NCBI GenBank assembly: GCA_032718475.1
Contig: JAUCBJ010002163.1
Span: 1-46,683 of the forward strand
Origin: Nemertoderma westbladi
Taxonomy: Eukaryota; Animalia; Xenacoelomorpha
Direction of reading: 5' to 3'
Length of the DNA stretch: 46,683 nt
Positions 35,301-44,876 of the stretch are shown one piece after another (the stretch's first letter is position 1; each line of letters opens with the position of its first letter). The notes beneath the pieces are model-generated. The model did not search any database and was not told the origin of the DNA. It saw nothing but the letters and a program-made list of their open reading frames with translations. The position numbers and the translations under genes were made by a program.

Positions 35301-38300
35301 TGGAGAAGGAGTCTCGGTTGTCATTCGCAGTGGTTCGCACCACGGAGCAGGCGTTGGAAGGGCTTGATATGATCCCAAAAGCCTGGATGGTCATCCAGTA
35401 CTCTACCGGTTTCTGGTTGAGGTCTCCTTCAGGCCACCACAGAAATCTCAGGCTATCTCTATCTCTATCCAGCGCCTTGACTTGTAAGAACATTCCTTCT
35501 ATATCAGAGGCGAACGCGATGAAATATTGTCTTAATCTTAATAGTATTCCCAACAAAGATTGGAGTAAGTTGGGTCCTGGTAACAACTCGGAATTGAGGG
35601 ATTGGCCCATATATAGAGCAGAGCCATCAAATACGACTCGTACTTCATGGGGTTTACCGGGTTTGGGAACGTAATGATGTGTTAAATAATACGTTCTCTC
35701 AGTCACTGGTGTTCCTTCCGGTACTCGCTCCGCGTATCCCTTTGTTATAAATTTCTTCAGCTGAGTTTGGTACATTTCTTTCGCTGAAGCATTAGCTGTA
35801 AGGCGTCGATATAATTGAGCGATTCTTTTCTCTGCCAAGGGTCTGTTATTTATAAATCTAGGTTCTCGTTTTCGAAATGGTAGGCCGATTTCATACCTAC
35901 CTTGGTCCTTTAAAAAACGTGTAGTTGTTTCCTGGATTTGCTTGGCTCTTTCTTCTTCTATCGATAGAGTCTCATCATATGAATTGGGCTCTACCAGTTC
36001 CTGAGTAAAGAAGCGTACGGCTAGTTCGTCCCGAGTTCTAGCGTTGCAGCGCTCTATCTCATCGTTTAGTTCGTCATTGTAAGCGATGGGTTCCGATGGG
36101 TGAATCAGTTGACATAGGTTCACCTGACTTTTCCAAGTTTGGTTTTCTGTAAGTAGGTCGATGGTGTTCTCTTCATCGAAGAGTTGGTATATGTCGTCAT
36201 TATCTGAGGAGTATGGTGTTCCCTCAGTTAGTTCGTCCACCTCACTGCTATCCACTTCCCAATCGTGTACTTGGTATGTTTGTTCTTGTGGCATTCTCTC
36301 TTCGAGAGTCCGGCGGGAAGGGCCAGTAAAGTACCAACCTAATCTAGTTCTTACCGCATAGGTTTGCAGTGGTTGCGGTTGAGCAGGCCGTTTCTCTAAT
36401 GTTTCGAGCGCCTCGTGCGCGTTTTGACCGATGAGGATTTGCACTCCAGGATAATCTGTCTGGAATCGAGGTATCTCAAGATGTTGGATGCTCTCATCCT
36501 CGTCCCAATTATAAAGGTCTGCTTGAGAAGTAGCGAAGTTCTTTATAGCCACCATTTTTACCGACCTTATACCTTGTGTGCCTAACTTATCCTGGGGGGT
36601 GGACAACACACCTACATAGTAATCTGCCGTTAAGGTAGATTTCCAAACCTGCATAATTCCTGACATATTCAATTTAGTCTGGAATTTGGGTTGTCCAGCA
36701 AAGATATCTTCGGCTAATTCTTGATCGATGAATGTTCCTGTGCTGCCAGAGTCAAGGAGGGCGTTCACTATGTAACTTTTGTTAAGACCGTGAACTCTTA
36801 CCTGAACTACAGGAAATTCTCTGATTCCTACGTTGGAAGTTGGAGCTTTCCAAGATGGTTGTTTGGCAAAAGTAGTTGGGGGAAACTCACTGCCGGTGTC
36901 CTTTTCATAAGTAAGTGCTCGATACACTGCGGTATTGATTAGATAACAGGATTCGTTGGCGTCGGAGAATTCGTCAGTATAGAATCCTTCCATCTCAGAC
37001 TCCTGATCAGTGTCATTTACATCACTGAATTGGACATGTAGTTCGGGCTCACTTACCTGACTCTGTTTGTCTCGTTCGAACTCACTGTGTAACAAGATGT
37101 GATGTTTCGCGCCACACTTTGCACACTTTATGTCGGAGTAACAGGTTCGCCGTTGGTGTCCTGGTCTGAGGCAATTATAGCATAACCGCTTGTCCCACAC
37201 GACTGCACGTCTGTCTACAAGGGATTTCTTTAGAAATTCAGCACACGCACTCAAACGGTGGGTCCCGTCGCACAGCGCACAGTTAGGTTTTATATTACTC
37301 ACTTTACCTTGGGTAACTTGATGCACTCTCGTTTTTTCTTCGGGTTTTCTTCGGTGCATTCTGTTAGGAGACTGAAGAGGGGTCTTGGCAACCTGTTCTC
37401 TCCTATCGTTGTTTCGAGCCTTGTATTTACTTACATCTTTTGAGGTTTTGTCGACGTAGTAAGATCTCTCAGTGTCTTTCCCGCTGTCCTCTTCTAGAGA
37501 AACTTGGCTTTCGCCGTCGTCAGTGTAACACACCGGTGTTATTCTTCTCCTAGAAGCGGGTTTCTCACTTACCTTATTTTCCGATGTTTTCTCTCTGGAC
37601 TGCTTGATGAGTTGTAGTTTTACCTCACCATCCAAGAAGGACATGAGATCAGCCATGGTAGGACTTCGTCGTTGTTGTTCATTCATGTACAACACTTTCT
37701 TGTCCCAGCGTGTACATACTCCACCCTTTGGTAAAGTAGAGACTACGGCTCCAATAACCATTGAACTCTGATATTCATGAGACTTACCTAACCAGTCCAA
37801 TTGTCTACAGATCTCTTGAATCTCATCGGAAAACTCTATAATCCCGCTACTAAGGAAGTGTCGGGGGGCTACTAATTTTGCATACAAATACTTATCTATG
37901 TTATCCTTGTTACCATATCTGATGTTTAATGTATCCCATACTTGTCTTAATCCTTCTGGATGTCCAATAAACTTTAACGCCATTAACTTGGGAGGTCCTT
38001 CCAAGCACTTGATGAGGAACCTAAGTTTCTCTCCGTTAGATAGTACAGAGTTCTGTATGCTGTCTTTGTAATATTCGTTGAAAGGTAACCATTTCATCTC
38101 ATCTCCATTGAATTTGACGATCTCTCCCACTTTGACCGCTTGGCGGGCTTCTGTTCTAGCCATCTGACGCGTAAAGCTTTCTTGGGCCATCGTATTATTT
38201 AATATCGAATTATCGGTATATAAATTTCTCGGATCATTATCAGGTCTATAGGGAATATCATTAATAACAGGTCTATAATCACCCTTAATAGGGTTTGCTA

Positions 38301-40461
38301 TATGAGTTTCTACTCTAGAGGAGTCTCTATAGATGCGTGTAGGCTCCACACCTTGCGCATGTAATACTTCAGACCTAACAGGTTGACACAATGTTACAGG
38401 GGGTATTGGTATGCCCTTTTGTATATTGACTAACTTGTCGCGTTCCAGTGCGATACTTTGCTGCACTTCTTGCAACTCTGCTCTACTTTCCCTTACGGTT
38501 CCCTTAAGCTGGTGGACAGTCTCCTGCATCTGTCCGAGCAGGAGATTCATCCCCCGCCGTCCCTCCTCTACCCACTCGACCGCCGAAGCGGGAGTCGCCA
38601 ACATAGTAGCGGGCTGACGCGGGACGACGGGAGACAAATCTTTGATTTCTCTCTCAGCTTCCAGGACAGGGATATTCTCATGGACTGTTCTACCGGGTAC
38701 AGGCAGTGTAGTACTGTGTAAAGGGAATTTAGAGTGAAGCTCTGGAAGTACAGGGGTCTCTAACACAGAAGTGACCTTGGGAACGACAGGCCTAATTATT
38801 TCAGGCTCATCAACTATTGTAGGGAGTCTTTTGACCTGAACAGTTTGGTCTATGGGTTCCGTACTCGCTAAGTCTGTACTAGCTAGCTGTCTTTTAACAG
38901 CTGGGGGCAAATCAGGCAATTTGTGACGGTAAGATGTTTTTCTACGCCTGCTTAGACGAGATCTATTTCCTCCGCCTTCAGGATCGGTGGTTTCGCTTTC
39001 CTCCGATGACGTATATCCCTGGCGTTTAGGAGTAGATTTTCTCATCATCTGCATGTGACTAGCAGTTAACTGTTTATTTATGTTGTCTTGCGTCTCTTGC
39101 AGACTTTCCAACTCCAGTTGGGTAGTTTGCTCAGACGCTCTCCGTTCTGCTTCTGCCACTGCCCTTTCCGCCTTTGCTGCTATTCTTTCTGCTTCTACTT
39201 CTACCGCCGCTGCTTTTCTTTCTGCTTCTACTTCTACCGCCGCTGCTTTTCTTTCTGCTTCTGCTTCTGCCGTAGCCGCCGCCTTTTGTTCCTCTATCCG
39301 TCTTTTCTTTACCTTTTCTTCTTGGACTCTAGCGAGGCGGAGTTTTTCATCAAATTCTGCTTGGTTAGCAGCTAACATTTCAGCATCGATTGAATCTAAC
39401 ACACGCTGGGTTCCTTCACTATTGGGGGAAAGTCCAGACAGCCGTCTCCTCAATTCTTCGTCTCCTAGGAATCGCTGATAGTCGGACAGATAAATGTCTA
39501 TGGCGTCTCTCGTTCGTGGTTTCTCTGAGGTCTCTTCGCCTTCCACCTGAGAAAGGGTGGCATCGGTTGGTTCTTCATAAGTTAGTCTCTCAGACAGCTG
39601 GGATTTCCACTGGTCTGTTTCTCGTACTTGGAGACTTACCCGCTGGAACCAAGTTTTGACAGCAACCTGCAGTGACGTGTCCTGTCTTCTTTTGGAAGTT
39701 TCCTCAAAAGCTGATAGGATTAGTCGAATGCGTAGGGTTCTTTCGCGTACTTGATATAGCAGTTCTTCCTGCTCTTGAGGTCCTTGGGGTTGTCGAAACA
39801 GTTGTTCTTCTAATTTCTCTAAGGAGCCGAAGAATCCCTGCACATATCCTGCTGCCGACCTCTTCCAAACAGCTGGATCCATCGTATCTTTAGCCACTCC
39901 CATCCTGTGTATATCTTCCCAAGTAGCTTCAGACAGATCTAACGGGTGTCCGGGTCCGGGAAAGTTCCATTGTGACTCGATAATAGACATCAATTCTTCC
40001 CTGGCGTATCCCGCATAATTATCTTGGGTCGCTCGCTTATTTCTCGCCCAATCTGCTTGATGTTCCTCCACCGCAATCAATATAGTTGTTAGCACTGCGG
40101 CAGGAAGGGTGAGAAGGGGGTCCGAGTAGGCTTTAGCCGTCATCTGCAATCCGCGTTCGGGGGTCAGTTCGACAGTATCCGAACTACTGGAGCTATCTGA
40201 TCGCTGGGAACAAGTTTCTTGACTAGGCTGTTGCTGCTGTGGGACAGCTGCTTCCTGGTTCCGTTTGACTTGGGCCCGAGTGCCGATGATGGACCTACGG
40301 TGTTGGATTAGCTTAGGGTCCGATATCACTACTGGAGGGATGACCTTTCTTTCAGTAGGAGGTGAGCTGAACTCCTTTCTTAATCGCTCAACACTCCTAT
40401 CTGTGTCACAGATGGTTGTATCGATTAGGCTGTCTGACAGGTTTTGCTGAGTGTCAGACAT
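32359..40461 (-). CDS. BEL/Pao Gag-Pol polyprotein, 2700 aa, intact
   Basis: Gag FNGDEMKWLPF...EKLRFLIKCLEG; three zinc knuckles (CALCDGTHRLSAC, CYNCLRPGHQRRTC, CAKCGAKHHILLH); protease ALLDSGS; RT VRVVFDGSA, GPNLL, DIEGMF, YMDD; RNase H LHVFGDAS..PRAEL..WTD; integrase GVDLFGP, SDKGTNF, GGSWER; order PR-RT-RH-IN. Confidence 0.97.
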   Translation of the reverse strand: MSDTQQNLSDSLIDTTICDTDRSVERLRKEFSSPPTERKVIPPVVISDPKLIQHRRSIIGTRAQVKRNQEAAVPQQQQPSQETCSQRSDSSSSSDTVELTPERGLQMTAKAYSDPLLTLPAAVLTTILIAVEEHQADWARNKRATQDNYAGYAREELMSIIESQWNFPGPGHPLDLSEATWEDIHRMGVAKDTMDPAVWKRSAAGYVQGFFGSLEKLEEQLFRQPQGPQEQEELLYQVRERTLRIRLILSAFEETSKRRQDTSLQVAVKTWFQRVSLQVRETDQWKSQLSERLTYEEPTDATLSQVEGEETSEKPRTRDAIDIYLSDYQRFLGDEELRRRLSGLSPNSEGTQRVLDSIDAEMLAANQAEFDEKLRLARVQEEKVKKRRIEEQKAAATAEAEAERKAAAVEVEAERKAAAVEVEAERIAAKAERAVAEAERRASEQTTQLELESLQETQDNINKQLTASHMQMMRKSTPKRQGYTSSEESETTDPEGGGNRSRLSRRRKTSYRHKLPDLPPAVKRQLASTDLASTEPIDQTVQVKRLPTIVDEPEIIRPVVPKVTSVLETPVLPELHSKFPLHSTTLPVPGRTVHENIPVLEAEREIKDLSPVVPRQPATMLATPASAVEWVEEGRRGMNLLLGQMQETVHQLKGTVRESRAELQEVQQSIALERDKLVNIQKGIPIPPVTLCQPVRSEVLHAQGVEPTRIYRDSSRVETHIANPIKGDYRPVINDIPYRPDNDPRNLYTDNSILNNTMAQESFTRQMARTEARQAVKVGEIVKFNGDEMKWLPFNEYYKDSIQNSVLSNGEKLRFLIKCLEGPPKLMALKFIGHPEGLRQVWDTLNIRYGNKDNIDKYLYAKLVAPRHFLSSGIIEFSDEIQEICRQLDWLGKSHEYQSSMVIGAVVSTLPKGGVCTRWDKKVLYMNEQQRRSPTMADLMSFLDGEVKLQLIKQSREKTSENKVSEKPASRRRITPVCYTDDGESQVSLEEDSGKDTERSYYVDKTSKDVSKYKARNNDRREQVAKTPLQSPNRMHRRKPEEKTRVHQVTQGKVSNIKPNCALCDGTHRLSACAEFLKKSLVDRRAVVWDKRLCYNCLRPGHQRRTCYSDIKCAKCGAKHHILLHSEFERDKQSQVSEPELHVQFSDVNDTDQESEMEGFYTDEFSDANESCYLINTAVYRALTYEKDTGSEFPPTTFAKQPSWKAPTSNVGIREFPVVQVRVHGLNKSYIVNALLDSGSTGTFIDQELAEDIFAGQPKFQTKLNMSGIMQVWKSTLTADYYVGVLSTPQDKLGTQGIRSVKMVAIKNFATSQADLYNWDEDESIQHLEIPRFQTDYPGVQILIGQNAHEALETLEKRPAQPQPLQTYAVRTRLGWYFTGPSRRTLEERMPQEQTYQVHDWEVDSSEVDELTEGTPYSSDNDDIYQLFDEENTIDLLTENQTWKSQVNLCQLIHPSEPIAYNDELNDEIERCNARTRDELAVRFFTQELVEPNSYDETLSIEEERAKQIQETTTRFLKDQGRYEIGLPFRKREPRFINNRPLAEKRIAQLYRRLTANASAKEMYQTQLKKFITKGYAERVPEGTPVTERTYYLTHHYVPKPGKPHEVRVVFDGSALYMGQSLNSELLPGPNLLQSLLGILLRLRQYFIAFASDIEGMFLQVKALDRDRDSLRFLWWPEGDLNQKPVEYWMTIQAFGIISSPSNACSVVRTTANDNRDSFSKEVIDNIKRNIYMDDNLRSLPSVEEAIAVAKGTVECLKRGGFRLTKFTSNSSEFLEAIPVEDRGAKDLVLIKDDLPETKTLGLKWDTERDILFFQLKQRDNPVRTKRICLSILSTYFDPLGFISPVILIARSLVQQMWLENHSWDDPLKGELLKRWMKWEDSLPAIENFIISRAYFGHVLPTYSYQLHVFGDASDMGIGIVAYLRVETPDGIKVALVTSKALINNKLKVPRAELKAALYATAIGRNVTEQIDYPLEKTVYWTDALLVLEYLTNEVCQFSVFVTNRVAIILSRTKIDQWRHCPGTINPADIASRGATPQELIDTPDWLGGPDFLSKEEDEWPPHLTTAEIRQAKGAETVKPKTRASKSKLFKPTIDLSVLHTSGNDASDPQSLNTNKSVVEIRDRDWKSGIPDVSQGISPMLQRAMHHYSSWNRLCKAVTYLRRCFHHHYSRTKTTSDHAPLTSAQVHVIKNLPKYKISDRFLKEKISHQEYEETNKQILRLLQCYEDSEKYFLLLRNPQMRLRDRFSSTMIDGLIRVGGRLTNAQFNKLTNAPLSFDTKFPILIRNLEVQIKMIVDVHGKLYHAGRERILSEIQTRYYFDKPRRALNQVLRNCIPCRKAFSRPLTQQEAELPRERVSFYEPPFTNTGVDLFGPIEVYRARTIVKRWCVIFVCMTCRAIHLDMVNDLSTNSFVLSLRRQIARFGTSNTMRSDKGTNFIGANNEIQAYVKDWNQRQVDDQLRITASSWTFNAADAPWWGGSWERLIRSVKTAFHFIVPCRAYLTDELLRTLMEEIAAYLNERPLMPVSSSPDSLEALTPAHFLLKKPVAMLPRSEIADGDEYCRRTWQLMQLLSRHFADHFEKHYLPTLQLRTKWFAQQENVNAGDMVLIVDPDLPRKRWQTGRIIETHISDDGLVRSVELIVMRRNFKKPGIIFETQQLNRPVGRLCLLERDRELSGNYGRQDTLPTTTSLIPQTSRDSPT

Positions 40462-41792
40462 GTTTAGCTATACAGTTGAATGCCTACTGCTATAGTTACA
40501 GTTAAAGCAAGTCTAGTAATTCAGTATGACCGTTGGCCTAGTACCGGTAATCTATTGCAGTATATTAGAATACCGGTATGCACTTATAATATATATAAGT
40601 ATTGTAAACTAGTTTTGTCACAGAGTACCGGTATATAAATTTAGCACAAATATATATAAGTATATAATAGGCCTATCGTGAATACCGGTATACAGCTTAC
40701 ACTTATAGTATATATAAGTATAATTATGAACTAGAATTATTACAGAATACCGGTATGATTTCAGCTCAAATTTATAGAAATAAATATAATAAACCTATGG
40801 TAAATACCGGTATGTCAATTAATTTAGAATAATTGAATTTCTGAATATTTTTAGGGTTACTTGGTTACTTTAACTTACTTTATTACCGTTATTTAAGCAG
40901 CAGTCCAACTGATTTTGAGACCTAGTTGTTGTATGGCAGGCCTACTATCTATAAATCGTTTGAGTTGATTTATAATAGATATATACCCGTTTAAAATGGG
41001 TTTTGTCAATATTTGAAATAAATGTTATTATTTCTGGGGGAGTCACTACACAGAAGCTGTGCGCTCTCAGTGGAGTGCTACTTATGGGACACTATAACAG
41101 ATAATTCTAATTTACCTAAGTTACTTAATACTACAAATTACTTACGATACGGGTGAGATTAAATCTCTAATTAAACACAACAAAAATATTACGTACGAAT
41201 TTTTAGGGTAATTTTACAGGAAGTCTACAAACCAGTCTAACAAAGGGTTAGAATCCGGTTTATTACAACGGACAGGGTACTACGGTATTTGAAATAATAA
41301 GTAGTAGTAAATATATTGCACTGTCCAGATAGGAAAATACCACCGCCTGACGACCTATAACCGTATCGCTATAGGTACTACGTTATGTATCACGGAGTGT
41401 TCCTACCTAGAAGTTAATTACCGCGGACTACCAGATCCAGCGTGCCTATTAACCACTTTACAACACAAATATACTGCCTACACACTAATTACTTCGGGAA
41501 GCACTGTACACTAAACCCTAAATTAGGTACAAGTACTGGTACAACAAATAATCAGTAGTTAAATATACTTGAACAGTTAAAAGAACCACGGCATCTGCTG
41601 GAGTGACCGAAGCACAAAGTCACCAGTCTTGTCCTACGCCAAGCAGCCCGTGTAGTACCGGGGTTAATTTAACTATAACGGTATGTATAACAAACACAAT
41701 TACTGTAGGAATAAACTTGGGGACATGAATGTTGTGAATAATCGCATAAACTCTGAATAATAAATATTACGCTACCCGTACAGAATACTCAA

Positions 41793-42331
41793 ACAAAATA
41801 CAGACCAAATGCTGGCAGACTACCACCAAGCCTAAATAAACTACTGTATGTGCAGATTCCAAAACGGTTAGTTAGTATGCGTTCTAACACGGTAGTACGA
41901 CTTATTCTTTAAGAGGGGATTGACCTTACAGCTATTGCTGCCCCAACTTACTAACTGGCACTTTATCAGACAAACTCTACACACGCAGCAATCTCTTCGG
42001 ACCTAATAATAGCTAGACAACAATCCAGCCTACAAAATATCTGAGGAATAACTATTACGGTACCTGAACAGACCACACAAACAAACACAAGCCAAAACGC
42101 TGGCAGAATACTGTCAAGCCTAAATAAACTACAGTATGTGCAGATTCCAAAATTGTTAGTTAGTATGCGTTCTAACACGGTAGTACGACTTATTCTTTAA
42201 GAGGGGATTGACCTTACAGCTATTGCTGCCCCAACTTACTAACTGGCACTCTATCGGACAAACTCCACACACGCCGTAATCTCTCCAAACCCAACAACAA
42301 TCCGACAACAGTCCGGCCTACAATTATCTGA
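41793..42331. repeat. ~288-bp-period tandem duplication in the 5' leader of the LTR element
   Basis: caagcctaaataaactac..gtatgtgcagattccaaaa..gttagttagtatgcgttctaacacggtagtacgac.. occurs twice. Confidence 0.9.
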
Positions 42332-42683
42332 ACAATCTGAGCAGACTTACACGTCTTCAGCTCAATATTAACTTACTAGGAAATAAAACTGACAGAAATA
42401 AGTAAACTATACAAAAGAATGAGGGGTGATCAATCCCTATTCCCCTGGCAGCCTACAATATTGGTAGATCACAATCGAAATAATACTAATGTACTTATAC
42501 TGGAAGTACCGGTTAGGACAGTTGGGCCTACGAACCTACAGAAGTACCGGTTCTGGCAGTTGGACCTACGGACCTACGGCAGTACCGGTTCTGGCAGTTG
42601 GGCCTACTGACCTACAGAAGTACCGGTTCAGGTTTACCGGTTGACCGGTACTTTCAACTTTATTGCTTACTGCAATAAAGTCA

Positions 42684-42694
42684 ATGACTGTTAT
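42684..42694 (-). promoter_or_regulatory. Non-tRNA primer-binding site candidate ATAACAGTCAT
   Basis: Directly follows the 5' LTR, lacks TGG, and is perfectly complementary to minus-strand LTR 43462-43452 (ATGACTGTTAT). Confidence 0.6.
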
Positions 42695-43962
42695 TGTACG
42701 CGCTTTTGAAGACCTTTAGCAGTTTAACCTGCCAAAATTTATATGTCTTTTGGTTTATAAATATACTTTAGAGGAAGACAAATATTTAATACCAATAAAC
42801 ACAACATTAGCAGAAGCCAGCCTAGTGCGCGTCCATTCACCCGCTGGATATTCCCAGGAGACTGGATTCTGAGGGCTTAAATTATTATTGCAGTGAAGCT
42901 TACTGTATTGTATTATTCGATTGATCGTTAATACTTAATTTCTGACTAATATTATTCACTTTCGGGAAATATTAACAGTTCCTTTAGGACGTGGCGCTCT
43001 ATCTAAGTAAACAGAGATATGACTTACACTAATCACAACGATAAGTCGGTAAGGCTTAAGATTCACGTATGAGGCGCATTCTTTAGGAAATGCTTAGTTA
43101 TCAGTCACAATCATGTACACTACCAGTAACACACAATACTGCTCACTAATTTGCCGACCGTCAATGAATTTTATCATATATAAAGGGAATAGCAACGGAC
43201 CACTGTAGTGCTTATCAAATAGCATTAAATTCACTACAAACCACAACAATATAAGTCGCAATCGCTATATATAACCCGTCTCTCTAACCTGTAGTGTATC
43301 AAGAAAATTGGGAAATTTGGGTTCTTTATATATGTTCTCCAAATGATATTTAACCAAAACACAACAGTAAACAGCATTAAGACGGTAAGTTAAGATATGA
43401 TATAAACTGATATGGACCGATATGTGATATGAGTTGTTAAGAACTGAACTGATAACAGTCATACGCTCTATAATTTTAGCCTACTAATGTTTCTTCTAAA
43501 AGTATGAAACGAATTGATTCTAGAGCCGTTGTTCCTGGCCTAGACAGCAATAACAACAAAGTATCAAGAAAAAACAGTAAGACTGAACACTCTCCTTATG
43601 ATCGACCGAAAAGCTACACGTCGACAGGAAAAATCGCTCTGATTGGTTCAAGCCAAACAAAGAACCATGCGTCCAATGGCTGTTTCCATGTCAGCAACCA
43701 GCTGTTAGATGTCGTAATATGAATCATCACGGCTAAGCTATGAAAGGTATTTGTCGCATTGCAGGTTTTTTGTCTTACCATGTCCGCTAAAACACGTATA
43801 TAGCAGAATGACTTTTATGTCCGTTAAAACACCTGTAACGGTACCTTGAGGGCGAGGGGAATATATATACAGTTAGAGAACCTTTTTAGAGTATTCCAGC
43901 GCCTGGGGGGAAACTGGATTGCGAAGCAAAGGGGCCAGTTATATCCCACAGAAGCTTTTACA
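42695..43962 (-). repeat. 5' LTR
   Basis: 1268-bp direct repeat, TGT...ACA termini. Confidence 0.96.
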
Positions 43963-43965
43963 AAT

Positions 43966-44485
43966 ATGTTTCGTAGAAACTTTGCGACTTCTGCAAGACG
44001 ACGGCGTTCTTGTGCCTTACCAGCTGCTACAGAAGCCCAGACAAGTTTTAAGGTAGACGTCATGCTACTTCCAAAATCATACACAATTGGTAGCCCTATT
44101 CCACGTCAGATTGTGAAAGAAACCATAATAGCTGCTGGGTGTTTTCTAAATGAAGTAACTCTGGAAAAAACCATGTCCGCAGACGGCATATTGTTGAGAA
44201 TCATTAATCTCTTTACGGAGAAATTACAATTAGCGCCTGGGTTAATCGATTATACGAAATGTATCATTTTGCAAGCTTGTCATACTAAGCTACTTCGCAC
44301 AAATCTTGTCCGCGGTGAAGTCCTAAATGGGAAAAACATTTTCACCCTATTTAGAAAACAGAGAAAAACTGTGTACGTTGTTTGCTCAAGCTTAGATTTA
44401 GACTCACTGCTTACACCCGCAATTGAAGTTGGTGACTTTAACTCGACCTCGGCGGTAGACCATAATATAGAAGCTTCTGAGCAGG
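43966..44485 (+). CDS. Remainder of the first coding exon of the HECT E3 ligase gene (3' boundary approximate)
   Basis: Open frame continuing the 25077 ATG frame; candidate donor near 44486 followed by AT-rich intron-like sequence. Confidence 0.6.
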
Positions 44486-44876
44486 GTTGGCAATTTACTT
44501 TGAATTTAGATTGAATTTGACTAAATAAAAACTATAAAAAAGGTTTGTAAAAGTCAGGCAGGGGGGGGGGGGGGGGGGGGCTTGACACAAACCCGCGAAT
44601 TTATTGCAAACTGTGTCTCCAAAATTTAGTTTATTGTTTTGGTTAGAAAAGCCTGCCATTTCAACCTGCTACATTCCTTGAAAGGGTACTTTAATGGTGA
44701 ATATTTAAATTAAATATTCGCGGAATTAAGTTAATTTGTTAAAATAGGCTGAAACGACACCCCAATTGGTAACATGGATACCATACAGACACAGCACTTT
44801 TGGAGAAACTAAATTTCCACTACGCTTGACCTACAGTATTTATAATTATTAGTAGCATACTGAATTAGAATTTAGT

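Larger units (their letters stand above)
25136..43962 (-). mobile_element. Full-length BEL/Pao LTR retrotransposon, 18,827 bp
   Basis: Two 1268-bp TGT...ACA LTRs, 5-bp TSD AATAT (25131-25135, 43963-43967), intact gag-pol, extra downstream ORF. Confidence 0.96.

Noticed and set aside
32486-40450. Antisense ORFs overlapping gag-pol (likewise over EDRF1 and the CRE ORF)
   Set aside because: Short shadow ORFs with no recognisable motifs
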